DNA of 64,000 nucleotides from the human T2T-CHM13v2.0 reference genome, Homo sapiens. Location: NCBI RefSeq assembly GCF_009914755.1, contig NC_060936.1. One strand, 5' to 3'. The translations under genes were made by a program, and so were the position numbers. The stretch's first letter is position 1. Each line of letters begins with the position of its first letter. Positions 25,491 to 38,094 of the stretch are shown here, in pieces. The notes beneath the pieces are model-generated. The model worked only from the letters and a program-made list of their open reading frames with translations. It ran no database searches and was not told where the DNA came from.

Positions 25491-26850
25491 TGAGAGAGAG
25501 CCCCCCTTTAACCCATTTCCATCTCTCTTTCCCATCCTGGAAAGTGAAGAGGATCGGGGCATTTTTCCAGCACTTTAATTAAGAGGGCCACTGTGCTGTT
25601 GAGTGGTAAAGAGGAAAAGGTGTGTTATAAGATGTGGAATCATGACCATAACTCAGTTTTGTTCGAAAACGATTTTCTGGGGCTCTTGCCAATGTCTCCT
25701 TGCTTCCCTAGAAGCTGAGAGACCCAAGTCAAGGTAAAGAGAAGAAGGAACCTCTGTGAATGAAGCCTAAAGAACCAATATGGCAGCTCAATATGCCACA
25801 AGCTACAGGGAAAGCCTTGAGGGGAGCTGTTGTCTCAGCATCATGGAACAGGTGCGTAACACAGTACATGAATGATGGAGACAGCACCATGTAATTGCCT
25901 GACAGATGTTCTGGGATCTTATTACACCATGTTAGACTTGGGCAGGAGCATCTCAAAATTGCAATTCCTCCCATGGGTGGGGAGTGTGTGTGCACCCACC
26001 AGTGACTGAAAGTATGCCAAGTGTTCTAAGCCTCCTGAAACAAACTGGAATAGAAGTGTGAAATTTTGTAACTGTGATGGTTAATGATACTCTGCTTCTC
26101 AGCAGAACCAGAAATATTCTTGTTAAAATGCCCTGTGTTCTACCAACAAAAGCGGCAATGCGTGTTGAATGTTTCCAGCCTCAAGGGCCTTCCTCAGCTC
26201 TGTGTGTATGTGTGTGTGTGCATGCACGTGTGCCCACACATGCATGCATGAGGGTAAACACTAGACATAGAGATGGGGAAATGTATCTAATTTGGAAAAT
26301 ATCTCAGAAATTGCCACCGTAGCCTGTAAAATTGAGAAATAAACATGAAATTCTTGTATTTTTCCCAATAATTACCACAAGGACAGTCTCTGTTATACTT
26401 CCCACACTCATCTGGCCTTCTTGCTCCCTGGTAAGTCAATTAGATCCCATAACTTTTCAATCTCCATGGGCTATTAAAATAGCCTAGTTACTGGTCCATG
26501 TTTTTCTATTTTTTATTATATTAAAATATAACAAAATTTATCATCTTAACTATTTTTAAGTGTATAGTTCTGTGGGATTAAGCACCTATCGTTGTCCAAC
26601 CATCACTACCATCCGTCTCAAGAGCCCTATTCATCAAGCAAAACTGACTCTGTGCTCATTAAATAACTCCCTACTCCCTTTCTCCCTAAATCCCTCGTAA
26701 CCGTCATTCTACTTTCTGTCTTTGTGAATTTGACTACTCTCGGCACTTCATAAGTACGTGACATCATGAAGTATTTGTCTTTTTGTGACTGGCTTATTTC
26801 ACTCAGCATAATGTCCTCAAGGCTCATCCATATTGTGGCATGTGTCAGAA

Positions 26851-27162
26851 TTTCTTTCTTTTCTTTTTTCTTTTTCTTTTTTTGAGACAGAAGTCTTGCT
26901 CTTTTGCCCATGCTCAAGTGCAATGGTGTGATCACAACTCACTGCAGTCTCAACCTCCTGAGCTCAAGTGATCCTCCTGCCACAGCTTCCCAAGTAGCTG
27001 GGACCACAGACACACGCCACCATGCCTGGCTATTTTTAAAATTTTTTTGCAGAGATGGGGTCTCGCCATATTACCTACGTTGGTTTTGAACTCCTAGCTC
27101 CAGCAATCCTCCTGCCTCAGCCTCCCAAAGTGCTGGGATTATAGGCATGAGCCACGACACCT
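26851..27162 (-). mobile_element. AluJ
   Basis: Antisense dimer with a (TTTTC)n tail. Confidence 0.92.
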
Positions 27163-27195
27163 GATTCCTTCTTTGTTTAAGGCTAAATAATAGTC

Positions 27196-27197
27196 AA

Positions 27198-27240
<43 letters not shown>

Positions 27241-27265
27241 CATATATATGTATATATATACACAC

Positions 27266-27313
<48 letters not shown>

Positions 27314-27315
27314 TT
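27196..27315. repeat. Palindromic (TA)(TG)...(CA)(TA) microsatellite
   Basis: A (TG)~12 arm faces a (CA)~14 arm across a TA core. Confidence 0.92.
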
Positions 27316-28146
27316 CACATTATGCTTATCCATTCATCCATTGATGGACTCTTGGGTTGCTTCCACATATTAGCTGTTGTGAATAATGCTGCTGTGAATA
27401 TGGGTGTATAAACATCTTGAGATCCTTCTCTCAGTTCTCTTGGGAATATGCCCAGAAGTGGGATTGTGGATTATATGATAACTCTTTTTTTTTTAGGAAC
27501 TACCATACTGTTTTCCACAGTGGCTGCACCATTTTATATTCCCACCAACCATGCACAAGGGTCCCAATTTTACAATCCAGTCGATTTTTAAACTTCGATT
27601 TTATACTCACTTCCAAGTTCCCCCTTTCAGTTCTCCAGCATTGGCTGGGCTGGCGAGGTTGGTCTGGCCTGCCCTCTTCCTGCCTCCCACACACTTTCCT
27701 GCTTCTTTTCTGCTATGTTAAAGTGGAAAGGAGGAAGGGGAGAAGAGGGCGTTTCCTCATGACATTGTTGTTGGTGAGCTGATCGTTTTCCTGTCTGTTG
27801 TCTCCACACGGGAGCATCTCCGTGCTAGGAGTTAGGGCTGCTTCTTTCTGTTGGTCATTTCCACAGATCTGGCTTCATTGTCCATAAACTCAGTGTGGTA
27901 GGTGGAGACCCCAACAGACTTTCCTGGTAATGAATTCAATCTTTACAAAATGTTATTGCTTTTCTTCCTACTGGGCCTCAAGAGCTATATATTTATGTTA
28001 ATTTCTTGTCTGAGGATTTCTATATCATGTGGGGAGTATAAAAATCAGACCCACACACCATGATATGTGCATGCTTGGGGTTCCAGTTTCTTATAGGAGA
28101 CTTTTTTCCGCATTGTAGTAATGCCCTAAGCTGTATTCCTTTGAGA

Positions 28147-28353
28147 CTTTTTTTTTTAAGAGACAAGGTCTCGCTCTGTTGCCCAGGCTGGAGTACAGTG
28201 GTGCAATCATAGCTCACTGTATCTTCAAACTCCTGGGCTCAAGTGATCCTCCCACCTAAGCCCCCTGAGTAACTAGGACAACAGGCATGCACCACCATGC
28301 CCAGCTAATTTTATTTTCTGTAGAGATGGGGTCTCACTATGTTGCCCAGGCTG
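28147..28353 (-). mobile_element. 5'-truncated AluJ
   Basis: Right arm plus part of the left arm, antisense. Confidence 0.88.
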
Positions 28354-28389
28354 GGAGTTTTTTTTTTTTTAAGCTGCAACGTTTCCCAG

Positions 28390-28828
28390 TGTGTGTCTGA
28401 CAGCTTACCTTCAGCCTACCTTAAGTGCTTGCTTCTCCTTCTCTGTGTAGGAGCTCTCTTGGGTTTCATAGGAGCTTTTCTGGCTGAGTTCTGTACAGTG
28501 TGGAAACACAAGGGAAGTTAATACCCTCAGAGCAACCCTCAACATTTGGGGGATGAGAGTTGATGGATAAATGTACCATCCCCCATCTGAGGTGGAATGA
28601 TTCCTAAGTGAGTTCTACACAGGCTCCCAGAGGTCCCCAGCAGGACTGAACCTCAATTGCCCACGACAGTGACTTGCTTATTATGAACCCATTACTGATT
28701 TTTCTTCTCTTTTCCTCTCTTTCTTCCCCCATTTCCTCACTATGCTTCCTGAGATCACCTCCTGAATAAACTAACTGAATCCAAATCTTTGTTTCAGAGT
28801 CTGCTTTGGGGGGACCCAGACTAAAAGA
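28390..28828 (+). mobile_element. LTR16C-like ERVL LTR
   Basis: GGCTCCCAGAGGTCCCCAGCAGGACTGAAC; CTTCCTGAGATCACCTCCTGAATAAAC..GTCTGCTTTGGGGGGACCCAGACTAA. Confidence 0.8.
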
Positions 28829-29678
28829 CCCACCGAGAGCCCAGACTCATCTGTGCTAGTGGGAAACCTTTCTGCTTCTGTTCCCTTTGAGAGACCTCAC
28901 TTTATTCAAGTCTCACATTCGGCTCCCCTCTTTGCAGAGCCCCAAATCCATGTCCCTTGTTGCCATAGTGACATTAGAACTCCAGCCCTCAGCCGCTCGG
29001 AGCTTGTGTTCTGTGTCTGAACTCCCCCGGGTTGCCCTGGTCTCAGCTGGAGTTCACCCACATAGTATTTAGTTCTTTTTGTTTTACTTTTGACCCTTTG
29101 GGGTGGGTGTTCTTTTGTTTGAGCCTGGCTCTCCATTACTTAATTATTTCTAATTAGCATTTTTGTGGCATTGAGGTTGCCTGTGCCCGTCAATGGGTCA
29201 TGTTCCCAGGAGTCTATGTCTTTCAATCAGCAGCGTGGTTGGATGATTCTACTCACTGGAGTTACATCAGTGAAAGACCAGAAGGCCCTGCCCTCAGGGG
29301 TCTTACATTCTAGTATGGGGAGATGAAGTATAAACAATAAATAGATACACATGGAATATATAAGTCAGGTGATGATCTGTGTCATGGAGAAAAATAAAAG
29401 AATAAAGGAGGATGGAGGAGGAAGGGGAGGAGGGGCTAGAGGACTGATACTTTACATAGGGCAGCTGGGGAGTCCTCACTTATAAAGTGGGATTTGAGCA
29501 GAGACCTGATAGAAAAAGGAGAAGGAATGCTGTGGCTCTCTGGAGGAAGAGCATTCCAGGCAGAGGCAGTCACAGGTACGGAGGCTCTAAGGCAGGAATA
29601 TGCTTGGCATGTTCCAGGGGCAACAGGGAGGTGGAAGTGGCTGGATTGGAATGAGGGAAGGGGAGTATGGAGGAGAAA

Positions 29679-29764
29679 GACAGAAGGTAGCTGGGTCAGA
29701 AGGTGGCAAGGACAGAAGGTAGCTGGGTCAGAAGGTGGCAAGGACAGAAGGTAGCTGGGTCAGA
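29679..29764 (+). repeat. 32-bp minisatellite, 2.7 perfect copies
   Basis: GACAGAAGGTAGCTGGGTCAGAAGGTGGCAAG at 29679, 29711 and (partial) 29743. Confidence 0.95.
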
Positions 29765-29855
29765 TCATGCAGGGACATGTTGGCCATAGGAGGGATTTGG
29801 TTTATATCATGAATAAGATTGAGGGGGTCATGAGTAGAGAAGTGATGGGATCTGA

Positions 29856-30390
29856 CTTCAACCCAGCAATTTTGCTACTGGGTATTTATCCAAAGGAAAA
29901 GAAATCATTATATAAACAAGACACTTGCACTCATATGTTTATCACAGCAGTATTCACAATAGCAAAGTCACAGAATCAACCTAAGTGTCTATCAATGGAT
30001 GCTTGGATAAACAAAATGTGGTACATATACACAATGGAGATACTATGCAACCATAAAAAATAATGAAATCATATCTTTTGCAGCAACATGGATGGAGCTG
30101 GAGGCCATTATTCTAAGAGCAATAACTCAGAAACAGAAAATCAAGTACCGCATGTTCTCACTTATAAGTGGAAGCTAAACAGTGAGTACACACAGATACA
30201 TAGATTGAAAGAATAGACACCGGGGACTCCAAAATGGGGGAGGATGGTGAGGATTTAAAACACTACCTATTGCATATAGTGTTCACTGTTTGAATGATGA
30301 GTACACTAAAAACCCAAACCTCACCATTAAACAATATATTTATGTAACAAACCATCACATGTGCCCCCTGAATCTAAAATAAAAATAAAA
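29856..30390 (+). mobile_element. L1PB-like 3' end
   Basis: Peptide FNPAILLLGIYPKEKKSLY..NQPKCLSMDAWINKMWYIYTME; A-rich tail. Confidence 0.9.
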
Positions 30391-30392
30391 TA

Positions 30393-30714
<322 letters not shown>

Positions 30715-32164
30715 TTAACCTGAGTGAGGGGGCACAGTGGCTTCGATCTGGGTAGCAACACCAGATTCTGGGAATATTTTGAAATGTGAGTTGCTGATGG
30801 ATAAGATGTGGGAGATAATGAAAAGAGAGGCATTGAGGATAACTCCAGGGTTTTTGGCCTAAGCAATTGATTGGATAGAGTTGCCATTTGCTGAGATAAG
30901 AAAGACTAGGGAGGGATGGGTTTGGTAAGAGTATCAGGAGTTCAGTATTGGATATGTTAAGTCCATCATGTTACAGGACATACAGATGAAGACGTTGAGT
31001 AAGCAATGGATTATGAGACTATGGGGTTCAAGGCAGAGGCCGTGTAGCTCACGGTCTAGTGGGAAATACTGGTAAATAAATGGGCAAATTGTTCCAAAAC
31101 AATGTGTAAGTGTGACTATAGTGTGAGTGTAATGGGCTAGGGAAACACACAGAAGGGACACGGACTTGTGCTGTTGGGAAATGCCATTGGAACAAGTGAT
31201 ATTTAAGCTGCAACCTTGAAGCCAAATTAGAATAAGGGGACAACATATTTTAGTCCAAGAAAGCAGCCTGTGCAAAGGCCCTGGGTTAAGGGGAAACATG
31301 TTGCCATTTTGGAACTAAAGACAGTTGAGTTTCACTCAAAGACAGTGGTCAGGAGGAAGGATGGAGAAAGAAGCATCACATGGTCACGTCTTGGAGGCCA
31401 CAGTAAGGAGTTTAGATGATTTCATGAGCACACAAGGATATCACTGAAAAGTTTTAAGCAGGGCGCTGATGTGGTCAGATTTAACAGATGCTTCTGCTCT
31501 AGAGAGCTTTCCCCAGGAGTGTTTTGAGCCAAGTCCTGTGAGCTTATCTCCCTTGGGCCATCCCAGGCCTGCCTTCTTGTCCATCTCCATTAGCTCCACT
31601 CCCAACCTCATCAGGCTTGTCACATCTAAGTAGGTCAGGTTAGGCAGAGATGGTTCCTGGGGACTTTATCTTCCAGTGGTCAGGCCCAGACGCAGGGGAT
31701 AGTAATCTGCATGGACAGCCTGGCTTCCTACACTGAACTGGGGGCACCACAGGGAAAGGCAGCCTTGACTGCTTTCCAGGGCAACTCAAACAGAATAGAT
31801 TTCTCTTCCTTGTGATCCATGAGTTTCCTAAAAAAGCCTCAGCCTTTGGCAGGTAAGACTGATAAGATCTAAGGCTCGAGTTTGTTGGTTTTGCCCTGGA
31901 CAGCTCTTTCTCTCTATCACTAGATCATGCTAAACACTGCAGCATGGGGCATTTGAAATGCATGCGTATGTTATTCCTGGAAAGATCCTCAGAAAATCCC
32001 CCTGTGGTCTTTGGAAGTAGGATAAATCTGGATGAGGCAGATTAGGAGAAATGAACTCAGCACATAAAGACCTGAGTTCTGTTGATCTGTCATTTACTGT
32101 GTGGTCTGGGGCATAGTAATTGTCATATCTAAGCTTTAGTTTCTTCACCTTTTAAAGGAATGGG

Positions 32165-32870
<706 letters not shown>

Positions 32871-32879
32871 TGAGATTAG

Positions 32880-33050
32880 AGCAGTGGGTAATTGCCTTTC
32901 ACTCTCCCATATCAAACCCTTGACAGACATCACTAATCAATTGCTTTGGTTTTTTATTCCAGCTGAATCATTCTCTGCCTAACTCTCCAGGCAGCTACTA
33001 CCAATCAATTAAAGTTGGCATGTGAGAGGATATCTATTCAACATCATTGA
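32880..33050. mobile_element. MER102-like hAT-Charlie relic
   Basis: CAGACATCACTAATCAA..CTCCAGGCAGCTACTACCAATCAATT..GTTGGCATG. Confidence 0.55.
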
Positions 33051-33489
33051 ACCAAGTAGACCCTACCAATGTAAGGCTGAGACACTATAATTCTATTATC
33101 CTATTATGATTTTGAGTTTATTTTACAGGCAAGCATTTCCTTCAGTGTGGGATGATTTACTCCAGACCAGACATGGAAAGACCAAGAATCAGTTGTTTTG
33201 CACAATTTATATGAAGGAAGAAGCCATAAAATATTAAATGCCTATCAGGACCATAACCTTGTCTGTTCTCATTTACAGTTGTATCACCAGCCCCCAAGGA
33301 TAAAGTCTGACACACAGACATCCAAGACTATGGAATAAATGAGTGAATTCTGAGGGAAGCAGACAAGTGGTTCTATCTTCACAGAGTTGTTACGGTTACT
33401 GGCATTGAGTCAAGGAAAACCAGCCACAAATGATGAAACCAGGGATTAGGGTCCAACTCAAAGGCTTCCATGTGAGGTTTGGGCATCTA

Positions 33490-34533
33490 TATCCTGATTA
33501 TTCTTATATTAATAACTTCAGCCTTGTCTCTCCTCTGAATTGCAGACACATATATCCAGCTGCCTTCTTGATATTTTCACCAGGCTGCCTCAATCACTTC
33601 TTAAGCTGGTATTTTATTATAGATTACATTGCCTTCCTACTCCCCTGCCCCTAAACCTGGTCCTTTTCCATTATTTTCTGTCTCACTGAAACTCACAACC
33701 ATCCATCCATTTATACATCCATTATCCATCAGACTATCTTCTAAATTTCTGAATTTATCCATTCAGAACGTAATTAATTCTCAGATATATTCACTTTTCT
33801 CTGTCTTCCCTAGGAGCGCGCTCCTCTGAGCTCCCATCCTCCCTTCTCTGAAAGACTGAAAGTCTGCTGATAGACCTCCCTGCATCTGTTCTATCCTACT
33901 CCACGCCATTTTCCACACTGCAGCTTAAGTGATCTGTTTGAAATACAAAGTACGTCATTTCCTCAGTGCTGAAAACCTGTTGGTGGCTTCTCATTGCTCA
34001 TAGGAGAAACACAAAACTCTCCAGACTGGTCTACAAAGCCCTGGGTGATCTGGTCCCTGCTGTCTTCTTAAGCTGCATCACATACTACTTACCCTTTACT
34101 TTCTGTGTGTTTATCCCACGGGACTTTTCAGACCATCTGACACAGCATACTCCTTCCCACTTCTCTGCCCAGAACTCTCTTCCCCTTCCTCTTTATCTAG
34201 TTAATTCCTACATATGCTTCAGAATTCTTATCACTTCCTTGAGAAAGACTTTCCTAACCTTCCACCTTCCCCCTTTTCCCCACAGGCTATTATAAAATCT
34301 GTTCCATTCTCCCATTTATTTTAATTTATAATGAAACACTCAGTTATGTAATTACTTGATTAATTTATTAATGTCTGTCTCTCCAAGTAGAATATAAACT
34401 CCATTTGAACAGGAATCGTGTTTATTTTAGCTCCTATTATATCCCCAGGGCCTAGCACAGTGTCTGGCATTCAACAGACATTCAATAAATCATTGATTAG
34501 TAATGAGAAAAATGAATGAATGAATGAATGAAT
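33490..34533 (+). mobile_element. L2 3' ~1 kb
   Basis: L2 body ending ATATCCCCAGGGCCTAGCACAGTGTCTGGCA..(AATG)n. Confidence 0.85.
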
Positions 34534-34563
34534 GGAGGAACCCAGTTACTTCTTATGGTAGGT

Positions 34564-34880
34564 TAGGGTTTCTCAATCTCGCACTGTTGACTTTTGGGGT
34601 GAGATAATTCTTTGTTGTGGGGGACTTTCCTGTGCATCGTACAATGTTTAGCAGCATTCTTTGACTCTACCAGAGATGCATCACCCCTGATGCAACAGCA
34701 AATAATGCCTCTAGACATTCTCAAATATTTCCTTGGGGACAAAATTGAGAATTGCTGTGATAAGTTACATTCAAGGTATTTGCTTGACATGTTGGGCTCT
34801 ATAGTTTTTTGTTGTCCTGTGCATTATAGAATGTTTAGCAGCATCTCTGACCTCTACCTACTAGATGCCAGAGCCCTTCT
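34564..34880. mobile_element. MER20 (34564-34757) plus a second partial MER20 (34780-34880)
   Basis: GGTTTCTCAATCTCGCACTGTTGAC..CCTGTGCAT..ATGTTTAGCAGCAT occurs twice. Confidence 0.82.
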
Positions 34881-34929
34881 CTAGTTGATAGACTCATCTG
34901 TCAATGATAGATTCATCTATCAACTAGTG

Positions 34930-35300
34930 CTACTTCCTGGTGTCCCTCCCTGGGTAATAAATACACTTCCTGCCCTGCTGATGTCATTACTTGGTAACAC
35001 AAGTTGCTTTGGCCAATGGAGTTTCCATAGATATTAATTTCATGCCTAGAGAAGGAATTTTAAGAGCTAACAGTGATTCTAATACTGCTGCTCTTCTTCT
35101 GACTCATGACTGAGAATGGGACTGTCCTTCATTCAGTTCTGGAATAATGAAGATATGGATATAAGACAGAGCTGAACTCCGACTCAAGGAAAACTTGCAG
35201 ATGACATGTACACAGGCAACAAATAAATATCTGTGGTTGTAACCCATGGACATTTTGGAGTTGTTTGTGACCACAGCATAACTTAGTGAAAGTGGTCAAC
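34930..35300 (+). mobile_element. MLT1(I/J)-like LTR
   Basis: GTTGCTTTGGCCAATGG; AATAAATATCTGTGGTTGTAACCCA..TTTGGAGTTGTTTGTGACCACAGCATAAC. Confidence 0.65.
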
Positions 35301-35980
35301 AAAGACTCATTATTGGATGGTAATTGATCCAGTTGTATTCGGTTTTTTAAGGACATATGAATGGCAAAAGAATGAGGGGAAAAAGAACCAACTAGGTTCA
35401 GACTTCAAGATATTTATTCAGGTTCTTCCTGGGGCTTTTGGAGCTTTGGACCCACCATAATTGTGGAGATAATTTGATCTCATTTCTCACATTTATATGA
35501 ATCTTTTCAATAATCCCTATTATCAAACCTGAGAGTGCTCCCTTTTTTTGCAACCCCAAAGAGCACATTAAAGCAAGAATGTGAACACTATATGGATAGA
35601 GAGAGAATCTGATTTATCCACTGAGGTATCACCAGCATTAGCACACTGTCAACCAGAATAGGTAGTCACTAAATGTTTATTGAGTAATTGAATCCTCATG
35701 GAGAGATTCCCATGTGCTCTTTCTCCCTTGTAGTTAGGCTATGGCCGGTGACCCACTAGCATAAGCAACACTTCTGGTCTGAGAAAGTCAAGAGGGGGGT
35801 GAGTTCTCCATTCTCTATCTCTTCCACATGCATGGCAGGAAGTGAAGAACTTTGAGATAGCAGAGTATAGATGGAAGCATCTAGGATCCCTGTGAACCAT
35901 TACAGGGGAACTGTCAAGGATAGCTGATGGCACCTATTTGCATTCTCATGAGTGAGAAATAAACTTTTGTTGTCCTAACC

Positions 35981-36191
35981 TAGTGGTTCTCAACTGGGAA
36001 TGATTTTGCCCCCCTTCCCCACCAGGGTGCATTTGGCAATGTCTGAAGACATTTTGGTTGTCATGACTAGGGAGATGCTATTGACATCTAGTGGGTAGAG
36101 GCAGAAATGCTGCTAAAAATCCTACAATGCACAGGATAACACAGGGCTGTCTAGCCCCAAAATGTCAATAACACTGAAGTTGAGAAACCCT
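35981..36191. mobile_element. MER20 inserted in an old MLT1 LTR (about 35750-36250)
   Basis: TAGTGGTTCTCAACTGG..GGCAATGTCTGAAGACATTTTGGTTGTCATGAC..TTGAGAAACCCT. Confidence 0.88.
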
Positions 36192-36487
36192 CTGCTAAAG
36201 CACAGAAATTTGGGGGGTTTACTGGTACTGCAGCATAGCAGACCCTTTCCTCACTAAAATGATGAATAATTGAAATATATTACACATCTTACTTCTCTGA
36301 CTAACAGGATATCTGTATTTTCTCCATAGAGCTAGAACCTTCACAAAGGCAATAAAGAAATTATAAATGAATTGAATAAACCAGCTGACTCCATGAGGAG
36401 CCAATGCATTTTCTAAGTGAAAACAGGTAAGTACAAGAAACTGTAAAGCCCAAATGGTGAGAATTAATGCCATGTAACTGTTAAGAG

Positions 36488-36704
36488 TAGAGGTTGTCAT
36501 ATTATGGCTCATAGGCCAAATCAGGTCCTGCCCCCCCACATCTGTTTGTATAAATAAAGTTTTATTGGAACACAGCCCTGCACATAGTCTGTGGCTGCTC
36601 TTGCACTAAAAGAACAGAGGTGAGTAGTTTCAAAAGAGACAATATGGCCTGCAAAGCCTAAAATACTTATTGTCTCACCCTTTAAGGAAAGTTTGCCAAC
36701 TCCT
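36488..36704. mobile_element. MER58A
   Basis: GTATAAATAAAGTTTTATTGGAACACAGCC..GGCCTGCAAAGCCTAAAATA..AAAGTTTGCCAACTCCTG. Confidence 0.88.
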
Positions 36705-36915
36705 GTTAAGAGCATAGGTTTGAGTCCCACCTCCAACACTGACTAGTTTTGTAACCATGAGAAAGTCATGTCACCTCTCTGAGCTTTAATTTTCTCATCA
36801 GTCAAATGAAGAGAGTAATAGGACCTCCCTCATATGATTGTTTAAGGACTTCATAAGTTCAAATACTTTGCCTGGCACATAAAATATGCTTAATAAATGA
36901 TAGATACTATTAATA
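36705..36915 (+). mobile_element. MIR
   Basis: CACCTCTCTGAGCTTTAATTTTCTCATCAGTCAAATG..GCCTGGCACATAAAATATGCTTAATAAATG. Confidence 0.75.
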
Positions 36916-38094
36916 AGTTAGTACAATAAATGACATATAATAATAATAATAAAACAAAGCCACCATGTTTGCCTCAGGTGGAAGTAGATACTTCCCAGAG
37001 GCCTGGCAGTATGTTTTCTTCCTCCATCACAGACACTCCAGCAGCCTGTAAGGAAACGTGTTTATCTTGAATGCACCTGGCAGAGACGACATGGATGGGG
37101 CTGAGCTGGTGGAAAGACCCCATTTCTCAAACCCAGCTTTCTACGTGAAATTATTCAAAAGGAAACCTTATCAAGCAGCCTTCCAGCCCAGTGTCATCCA
37201 TCTTCCAGAGGTAATTCAATAGCCCTTGGTAGCAGATGATTTATGGGGTGGGTGGCCGCAGGGAGGTTACTCTTTGTATTACAGGCTGTTTTTTTTAATC
37301 AATGGCCAGCAACCCACTGGCTGGGGCCAGAAGCAACAGGCTCTTTGTTTAATCCTGTTGACCTAGGCTTCGGCTGCAGCCAGCCCCAGGCCAGCAGAGG
37401 GATGCTGGCCAGTTGGACAGAGAAGAGACTTTGATCGTTCCGAGTTGAGTCTAGCTGTTAAAATAGGACTGCTTTATCTTAATGGTAGTAGAGTTCTGTC
37501 TCTTATATAAAGCTTATTTAAGCCCTCAAACCTCCTTTGATCAGTGCTACAGTCCTGTGAGGAAGAGATTGTCTTCTTCACTTTACAGATGAGAAGCTGA
37601 TGCTGAAAGGTGGTTACTTGTCTCATGCCTATATTAAGAATACCAAGTGTCAATGTCCTTTATGAGGAAGCCTAGAGCGTGAGCTGTCTCTGATGTACTG
37701 GTCTTAGCTTTTGTCTCATTGCTGAACATACCAAGGCAACCTCCATGAGGCAGGATCTTGCTCTCTCATTTATAGCTTTATTTGCAACATCTAGCATTCA
37801 GTCTGGCACATAGTAGGTGCTTAATAAATATGTTTAAAGAATAAATGGTGCCCAGATCTTTGCATATGTTGCTTTTGATTCCTGAAACACTCTTCCCATC
37901 CTGTTACTTAACTAACCACCAGTTATTTCACAGCTTAGATACCATCTTGGGTCAGTCAGTGTCTAATCTGGAAAATAGGAATTATGCCAGTTAATTTAAC
38001 TGAGAGCATTTAATATAGGGAATTGGTTAAATACCTATTGGAAGATGGAAAGATAAAGAGGGAACACTAAGACAATCAATAGTAATTGTGGTGG

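Larger units (their letters stand above)
26505..27570 (-). mobile_element. L1MB-type 3' end containing an Alu and a microsatellite
   Basis: Peptide WMSLEDIMLSEISQSQKDKY; ATCTTAACTATTTTTAAGTGTATAGTTC terminus. Confidence 0.88.

Noticed and set aside
29679-29764. CRISPR-like 32-bp repeats
   Set aside because: Head-to-tail copies without unique spacers, in human DNA; a minisatellite
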